DNA of 60,518 nucleotides from an uncultured bacterium (lineage in GTDB: Bacteria; Myxococcota_A; CAZTSL01). The stretch is taken from the NCBI GenBank assembly GCA_964616915.1, contig CAZTSL010000009.1, positions 1 to 60,518 on the forward strand, read 5' to 3'. Under the pieces are notes generated by a model that was given only the letters and a program-made list of their open reading frames with translations, was not told the DNA's origin and did no database searches. Position numbers and translations under genes: made by a program. Positions 55,772-60,518 of the stretch are shown piece by piece. Each line of letters begins with the position of its first letter. Within the stretch, counting starts at the first letter, position 1.

Positions 55772-55858
55772 GCGCATTCTCCCCCCTGAACCGGACTTTT
55801 CCCCTGGCGGCGCCTCCAGGCCGGTTTCTGGCCGAACGCGCCGCACGCCGGAGGTCTC

Positions 55859-56344
55859 ATGAGCAGCGTCGTGCTCTCTTCGTTGATCGAAAAGTTTCCC
55901 GAGGACATCCTCTCCCACCACGACCGGCTGGGGAATGAAACCGCCGTGGTCCGGCGGGAGCGGATCGTGGAGATCTGCACCTTCCTCAAGGAAGATCCCA
56001 ACCTGCGCATGAACATGATGATGGATCTCACCGTGGTCGATGGGCTCAACCTCGGATGGGACCCCCGATTCATGGTCGTCTATCACCTCTACTCGATCCC
56101 CTTGCGCCACCGGATCCGGTTGAAGGCGCCCGTGCCGGAGGAGGACCCTACGATCCCCTCCGTCGTTCCGGTCTGGCGGGGCGCGAACTGGTTCGAACGG
56201 GAGGCCTACGACATGTATGGGATCCGCTTCGAGGGGCACCCCGACCTGCGGCGGATCCTCCTCTATCCCGAATTCGAGGGGCATCCGCTGCGCAAGGACT
56301 ATCCCGTCACGAAACGGCAACCCCTGGTCGGACCGAGGAACTGA
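55859..56344 (+). CDS. nuoC: NADH-quinone oxidoreductase subunit C
   Basis: [31 protein letters not shown] is the NuoC/30-kDa signature. Confidence 0.95.
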   Translation: MSSVVLSSLIEKFPEDILSHHDRLGNETAVVRRERIVEICTFLKEDPNLRMNMMMDLTVVDGLNLGWDPRFMVVYHLYSIPLRHRIRLKAPVPEEDPTIPSVVPVWRGANWFEREAYDMYGIRFEGHPDLRRILLYPEFEGHPLRKDYPVTKRQPLVGPRN

Positions 56345-56419
56345 CTCGCCGGTCCCCCCCCGCTGCGGCGGGGGGAAGGCCCCCCGACGACCCGTCGGAA
56401 AGGCTCCAAGGAAGGGAAG

Positions 56420-57634
56420 ATGGAAAGACTCGAACCCACTGCACAGACCGCCACGATCTCCGAGTTCGACGAGAAACAGATGGTCCTCAACATGGGTCCC
56501 TCCCATCCGGCGATGCACGGCACCGTCCGGATCCGTCTCTGGATCGAGGGGGAGACGATCGTGAAGTCGGACGTGGAGATCGGTTACCTCCACCGCGCCT
56601 TCGAGAAGATGTCGGAGAACAGCCAGTACACGCAGGTGATCCCCTATACCGACCGTCTGAACTACGTCTCCCCGATCCTCAACAACGTCGGCTACGCCCT
56701 GGCGGTCGAGAAACTCTTGCAGATCGAGGTTCCCGAGCGGTGTCAGTACATCCGCGTCATCATGGGGGAACTCTCCCGTATCGGTGATCACCTCACCTGT
56801 ATTGGCGCCAGCGCGATGGAACTGGGCGGCTTTACCCCCTTCCTCTACGCGATCAAGGCCCGGGATTTTCTCTGGGACCTCGTGGAGAAGGTCTGCGGCG
56901 CGCGGTTGACGACGAGCTACACCCGCATCGGGGGCGTGAGCCACGATCTGCCCGAGGGGTTCGAGGCGGAGACGAAGGCCGTCCTCGAAAAGACGCGGGA
57001 GGCGATCCGGGAGATGGACAAGCTCTTGCAGCGCAACCGGATCTTCTACGACCGGATGCACGGCGTGGGCGTGATCAGCGCCGAGGAGGCGATCGACTAC
57101 GGTTTCACCGGCCCCTGTCTGCGCTCCACCGGCGTGGACTACGACGTGCGCAAGGCCCACCCCTACCTCGTCTACGACGCGCTCGACTTCGACGTCCCGA
57201 TCGGAGAGCATGGGGACAACTTCGATCGCTACCTCGTGCGTCTCGAGGAGATGAACCAGAGCATGCGGATCGTCGAGCAGGCCTTCGCCAAGATCCCCGA
57301 AGGTCCCACCATGGTCGACGACCCCCGCATCGTGCTCCCCCCCAAGGAGGAGACCTACCACACGATGGAAGGGTTGATCTACCACTTCAAGCTCGTCACC
57401 GAGGGGATCAAGGTCCCACCGGGAGAGGTCTACAGCTATACGGAGGCGGCCAACGGGGAACTCGGTTTCTACATCGTGAGTGACGGCAGCGGCAAACCCT
57501 ACAAGTGCCGGGTGCGTCCCCCCTGTTTTGCGATCATGCAGGCGCTCTCCCGGATGATCGATGGGCGGCTCATCTCCGATGTCATCCCCACCTTCGGCTC
57601 GATCAACATGATCGGCGGAGAGATCGACCGGTGA
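56420..57634 (+). CDS. nuoD: NADH-quinone oxidoreductase subunit D
   Basis: LNMGPSHPAMHGTVRI ... IGYLHRAFEKMSE ... PYTDRLNYVS ... C-terminal MIGGEIDR. Canonical NuoD/49-kDa blocks. Confidence 0.95.
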   Translation: MERLEPTAQTATISEFDEKQMVLNMGPSHPAMHGTVRIRLWIEGETIVKSDVEIGYLHRAFEKMSENSQYTQVIPYTDRLNYVSPILNNVGYALAVEKLLQIEVPERCQYIRVIMGELSRIGDHLTCIGASAMELGGFTPFLYAIKARDFLWDLVEKVCGARLTTSYTRIGGVSHDLPEGFEAETKAVLEKTREAIREMDKLLQRNRIFYDRMHGVGVISAEEAIDYGFTGPCLRSTGVDYDVRKAHPYLVYDALDFDVPIGEHGDNFDRYLVRLEEMNQSMRIVEQAFAKIPEGPTMVDDPRIVLPPKEETYHTMEGLIYHFKLVTEGIKVPPGEVYSYTEAANGELGFYIVSDGSGKPYKCRVRPPCFAIMQALSRMIDGRLISDVIPTFGSINMIGGEIDR

Positions 57635-57703
57635 CCGGAAACAGGGCATACCGGCCGGATCCCGCCGCTCCTCTCCACCCCGCGACAGAAGGATGAAAGC
57701 GCG

Positions 57704-58789
57704 ATGGAACTCGGATGGGAAATTCTCTTCACGCTCGTCAAGATCGTCCTCGTTCTGGGCTTCCTCTTCTCCCTCACCTCCCTGCTCACCTGGATGGAAC
57801 GCCGGCAGAGTGCGATGATCCAGGACCGGATCGGTCCGACCCGGGCGAACCTCTTCGGGATCACCCTCTTTGGCCTCCTGCATCCCGTGGCCGACGGGAT
57901 CAAGATGCTCACGAAGGAGGATGTGCGGCCGGCCGGGGCCAACGGGGCGCTCCACACCCTGGCTCCGATGCTCGCGCTCTTTCCGGTCCTCGTCACCTTT
58001 GCCGTGATCCCCTTCGGTCCCACCGTTCGGATCGGGGGGCATACCGTGCCCCTCCAGATCGCGCGCCTCGATGTCGGGATCCTCTATATCTTCGCGCTGG
58101 CCTCGCTCGGCGTCTATGGCGTGGTGATCGCAGGGTGGGCCTCGAACAACAAATGGTCGCTCCTCGGCGCGGTACGGGCATCGGCCCAGATGATCTCCTA
58201 CGAGGTCTCGATGGGACTCTCGATCATGGGTATCCTCGTCGTGTACCAGACGCTGAGACTCGACGAACTCGTCGCGGCGCAGGGAACCTCCCTGTGGGGG
58301 GTCGTGGTCCAGCCCGTCGGCTTCATCCTCTTCCTCACCGCCGCGATCGCGGAGACGAAACGGACCCCCTTCGACATGCCCGAGTGCGAGAGTGAGATCG
58401 TGGCCGGCTACTTCACCGAGTACTCGGGGATGAAGTTCGGGATGTTCTATCTGGCGGAGTTCATGGAGATCGTCGTGGCCGCTGCGGTCATCACGACGCT
58501 CTTCTTCGGGGGGTGGCAGGTTCCCTTCCTCGCCCCCGATGGTTTCCACCTCCCCGGAGGTTCCTTCGTGGCCCTCTCCTCCCTGGCCGTCACCACGCTC
58601 CAGATCCTCGCCTTCGTCGGAAAGGTCTTCTTCTTCTGCTGGCTCCAGCTCATGATCCGCTGGACGATCCCCCGTTTCCGCTACGACCAGATCATGCGCC
58701 TCGGCTGGAAGGTCATGCTCCCCCTCTCGCTGGCGAACCTCTTCGTGACCGCCCTCGTCGTCCTCCTCCTCGATCAGGCACGGGCATGA
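57704..58789 (+). CDS. nuoH: NADH-quinone oxidoreductase subunit H
   Basis: TWMERRQSAMIQDRIGPTRA ... HPVADGIKMLTKED ... GWASNNKWSLLGAVRASAQMISYEVS ... AETKRTPFDMPECESEIVAGYFTEYSG. Canonical NuoH/ND1 blocks. Confidence 0.95.
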   Translation: MELGWEILFTLVKIVLVLGFLFSLTSLLTWMERRQSAMIQDRIGPTRANLFGITLFGLLHPVADGIKMLTKEDVRPAGANGALHTLAPMLALFPVLVTFAVIPFGPTVRIGGHTVPLQIARLDVGILYIFALASLGVYGVVIAGWASNNKWSLLGAVRASAQMISYEVSMGLSIMGILVVYQTLRLDELVAAQGTSLWGVVVQPVGFILFLTAAIAETKRTPFDMPECESEIVAGYFTEYSGMKFGMFYLAEFMEIVVAAAVITTLFFGGWQVPFLAPDGFHLPGGSFVALSSLAVTTLQILAFVGKVFFFCWLQLMIRWTIPRFRYDQIMRLGWKVMLPLSLANLFVTALVVLLLDQARA

Positions 58790-58832
58790 ACGGAGGAGAA
58801 GAAGGCAGAAAAAACAGCTCGAACGGCTCAGA

Positions 58833-58853
58833 GACCTGCCCTCGTCGCAGGTC
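58833..58853. terminator. Hairpin between the convergent nuoH and arylsulfotransferase genes
   Basis: GACCTGC-cctcgtc-GCAGGTC forms a 7-bp perfect stem. There is no clear U-tract on either strand, so it is only a weak terminator candidate. Confidence 0.25.
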
Positions 58854-58895
58854 GTGGCCCCGGTGGGAAGAGGCAGGGAAAAGCGTTCGAACGGT

Positions 58896-60236
58896 TCAGA
58901 AGCGGTCGGACCAGGCGGGGTAGCCGGCGGGATTTCCGGGAACCCATTCGGGGGGAATGCGATAGGCCCGGTAGATCGGCGCCCGAATGACCCCCTGGGG
59001 GGCCGTGCGGTAGGACCAGACGATCTCCTTTTCGGGGGTGACTTCGAAGACCCGGCCGTTCTGCCCGTCGCCGTAAAGGTTCCCCTCGACGATCAGGGTA
59101 TTGCCGTTGGGGAGTCGCTGAACCCCGCCGATGTAGGGACTGGAGAAGCGTTCTCCCTCCCCCTCTCCATACGCCCAGACGATCTCGAGCGTCACGGGAT
59201 CGAACTCGACGACGCGGGAGTAGTGACGCCTGCGGTACTTCGGATAGCCGTTCGGACCGCCGTAGCCGCACTCACCTCCGTTGTCGAAGACGAGGATGTT
59301 CCCCGCGCCGGGAAGACCCGCCGGGATCATATGGGGATGATGCTGGCCGAGGAACTGGCCGAGTTTCGCCTCCGGCCCCTCGGCGAAGTCGGGACCGATC
59401 TGCCAGACGACGCGGCCGCTTGCACGCTCGATGATCGCCACGAAGCAGGCATGCCGAGAGCCGATGATGAGGTTCTCCGGCGCGAAACGTTCGTCTCCCG
59501 CATCGAACCACCGGTTCGGACCGAGTTCGGAGAGGCTGTTGATGTGGAGCAGATCGCCCATCTCTGCACCCGGATAGTAGAAGGGACGCTCATGGATCGC
59601 CTGGAGGGCCTCTTCGTCGAAGAACTCGGCGTAGTGATCGGAGGCGTGCCACGTGAAGCCGGTCAGACGCCCATCGGCCGTGACCTCGTAGATCACGTCG
59701 TCGGCGAAGGGGACATCGGTGATCTCGGGGATCTCTTCCGTCTTGTGGGCCAGGACGAGCGTCTTGCCCCCCACCGTGAAATCGAGGCCGGGCGCGTAAT
59801 ACCCCACGGGGTTCCCCTCCCGCTCGAAATCGTGGTGGTGGCGGGCGACGCGTTCCCCCGTCTCCGTCGTCGCCCAGTCGGAGAAGGACCATGTCTCGGT
59901 TTCATCCCACCCCACTTCGAGCACCCGGGCCGTGTCGGAGGAACTCCCGACGTACACCCCGAGGCCCTCGCCCGAGATCAGGATCCCGCCGGGAAGGAGT
60001 TTCGATGGAAACCCGACGTAGGGCCATCTCTTCACGAGATTCCCCTCCATGTCGATCAGGTCGGAGTGGCCGACCATGACCTCCGTGTCGAGTTCGAAGA
60101 CGTTGACGAGGGTATAGCCCGCCAGGGCGCCCGGCCGATGGACGATCACCCCCCGGTCATTTGGGGGACAGGCGGGGGCCGCCGTCACGAGGAAGAGGGG
60201 GATACCGAGAAAGAGAATCCGTTGGAACCCGTTCAT
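58896..60236 (-). CDS. Arylsulfotransferase (ASST) family beta-propeller protein, secreted
   Basis: Signal peptide MNGFQRILFLGIPLFLVTAAPA. HHHDFEREGNP, HINSLSELGPN, FLGQHHPHMIP, ILVFDNGG and GGVQRLPNGNTLI resemble the ASST family as I recall it. Confidence 0.8.
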   Translation of the reverse strand: MNGFQRILFLGIPLFLVTAAPACPPNDRGVIVHRPGALAGYTLVNVFELDTEVMVGHSDLIDMEGNLVKRWPYVGFPSKLLPGGILISGEGLGVYVGSSSDTARVLEVGWDETETWSFSDWATTETGERVARHHHDFEREGNPVGYYAPGLDFTVGGKTLVLAHKTEEIPEITDVPFADDVIYEVTADGRLTGFTWHASDHYAEFFDEEALQAIHERPFYYPGAEMGDLLHINSLSELGPNRWFDAGDERFAPENLIIGSRHACFVAIIERASGRVVWQIGPDFAEGPEAKLGQFLGQHHPHMIPAGLPGAGNILVFDNGGECGYGGPNGYPKYRRRHYSRVVEFDPVTLEIVWAYGEGEGERFSSPYIGGVQRLPNGNTLIVEGNLYGDGQNGRVFEVTPEKEIVWSYRTAPQGVIRAPIYRAYRIPPEWVPGNPAGYPAWSDRF

Positions 60237-60303
60237 CTCTCGTCTCCCTTACCTTACGAATGTCGTCGCTCCTCCTCCCCGCGAGCGTGTGCCCCCCATC
60301 GGT

Positions 60304-60518
60304 TCAGCGGCGAAAACGCCGCCGCACGAAGAGGAGCGTGGAGAGGCCGGCCATGAAGAGGAGGGAGAGCGCGGGAGGGATGCCCGGCATCCGCGGCAGG
60401 ACGCTGCACGGGGAGCCGTCGCAGTTGTCGTCGCTCCCTCCGGGGGCATCGTCGGCATCGGGGTTCACGTTCGGATCGTCGTCGTTGCAATCGACGTCCT
60501 GCGTGAAGCCGTCCCCAT
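60304..60518 (-). CDS. C-terminal fragment of a Cys/Asp-rich (putative metal-binding repeat) surface protein with a C-terminal TM-plus-Arg tail; the 5' part lies beyond the right edge
   Basis: My translation of the minus strand gives ...GDGFTQDVDCNDDDPNVNPDADDAPGGSDDNCDGSPCSVLPRMPGIPPALSLLFMAGLSTLLFVRRRFRR, ending at stop 60304-60306. The DC-x-D-x-D-P-x-V-N-P ... D-N-C-D-G motif resembles the myxobacterial-type putative metal-binding repeat. The tail resembles a C-terminal sorting signal. Confidence 0.6.
   Translation of the reverse strand, partial: GDGFTQDVDCNDDDPNVNPDADDAPGGSDDNCDGSPCSVLPRMPGIPPALSLLFMAGLSTLLFVRRRFRR

Noticed and set aside
58801-58900. Near-repeat TCGAACGG(C/T)TCAGA(G/A) occurring twice (about 58819 and 58879) between nuoH and the arylsulfotransferase gene.
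   Set aside because: Only about 14 nt long with mismatches. The second copy contains the stop codon and last codons of the minus-strand gene. This is too little to call a repeat element.

Overview
GC-rich bacterial chromosomal segment, roughly two-thirds G+C by eye (not computed). It comes from a diderm organism, shown by Omp85/TamB, an outer-membrane-barrel candidate, c-type cytochromes and NDH-1. I cannot assign a taxon from sequence alone. All calls rest on by-eye motif recognition in the supplied translations and my own translation of selected stretches. No database search was run.

Left edge (1-7840, minus strand): a type III-B CRISPR-Cas effector operon, cas6-cmr1-cas10(cmr2)-cmr3-cmr4, with cmr4 running off the window. 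I see no CRISPR array, cas1/cas2 or CARF/SAVED-type ancillary gene in the 52 kb to its right. This Cas10 keeps the GGDD cyclase motif, but the N-terminal HD dyad reads FT.

The rest of the window, in order:
- Hydrolase block: M14 peptidase, purple-acid-phosphatase-like enzyme with an FN3 module, alpha/beta hydrolase, and GH31 coupled to a DUF2156/MprF-C-like gene.
- A triheme cytochrome c.
- A 1271-aa single-chain UvrD/AddA-type helicase-nuclease.
- A monoheme cytochrome lipoprotein plus a barrel-like OMP, preceded by a strong Fur-box palindrome.
- tRNA-Lys(CTT) and tRNA-Leu(TAG), then tig and clpP (no clpX).
- DUF924, then a fused membrane/spermidine-synthase-like protein.
- A lower-GC orphan Dam-class methyltransferase.
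- An operon of hybrid histidine kinase, DUF4301 (UGPase-like), hybrid histidine kinase.
- tamB plus a long Omp85.
- A TatT-associated TRAP transporter (tatT-dctPQM), then an O-methyltransferase.
- GST and a REC-DUF4388 regulator.
- btuF/btuC-like genes without an ATPase.
- nuoABCD followed directly by nuoH (no nuoEFG, no nuoI-N).
- An arylsulfotransferase-family gene and a partial Cys/Asp-rich surface protein.

Many very long antisense ORFs in the track are GC-bias artefacts.

Most interesting leads:
- The HD-less Cas10 locus with no visible effector.
- A candidate Fur-controlled sRNA next to the Fur box.
- The HK-DUF4301-HK operon.
- A shared Cys-containing C-terminal tail on two secreted proteins.
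- The low-GC orphan methyltransferase.
- The truncated nuo cluster.
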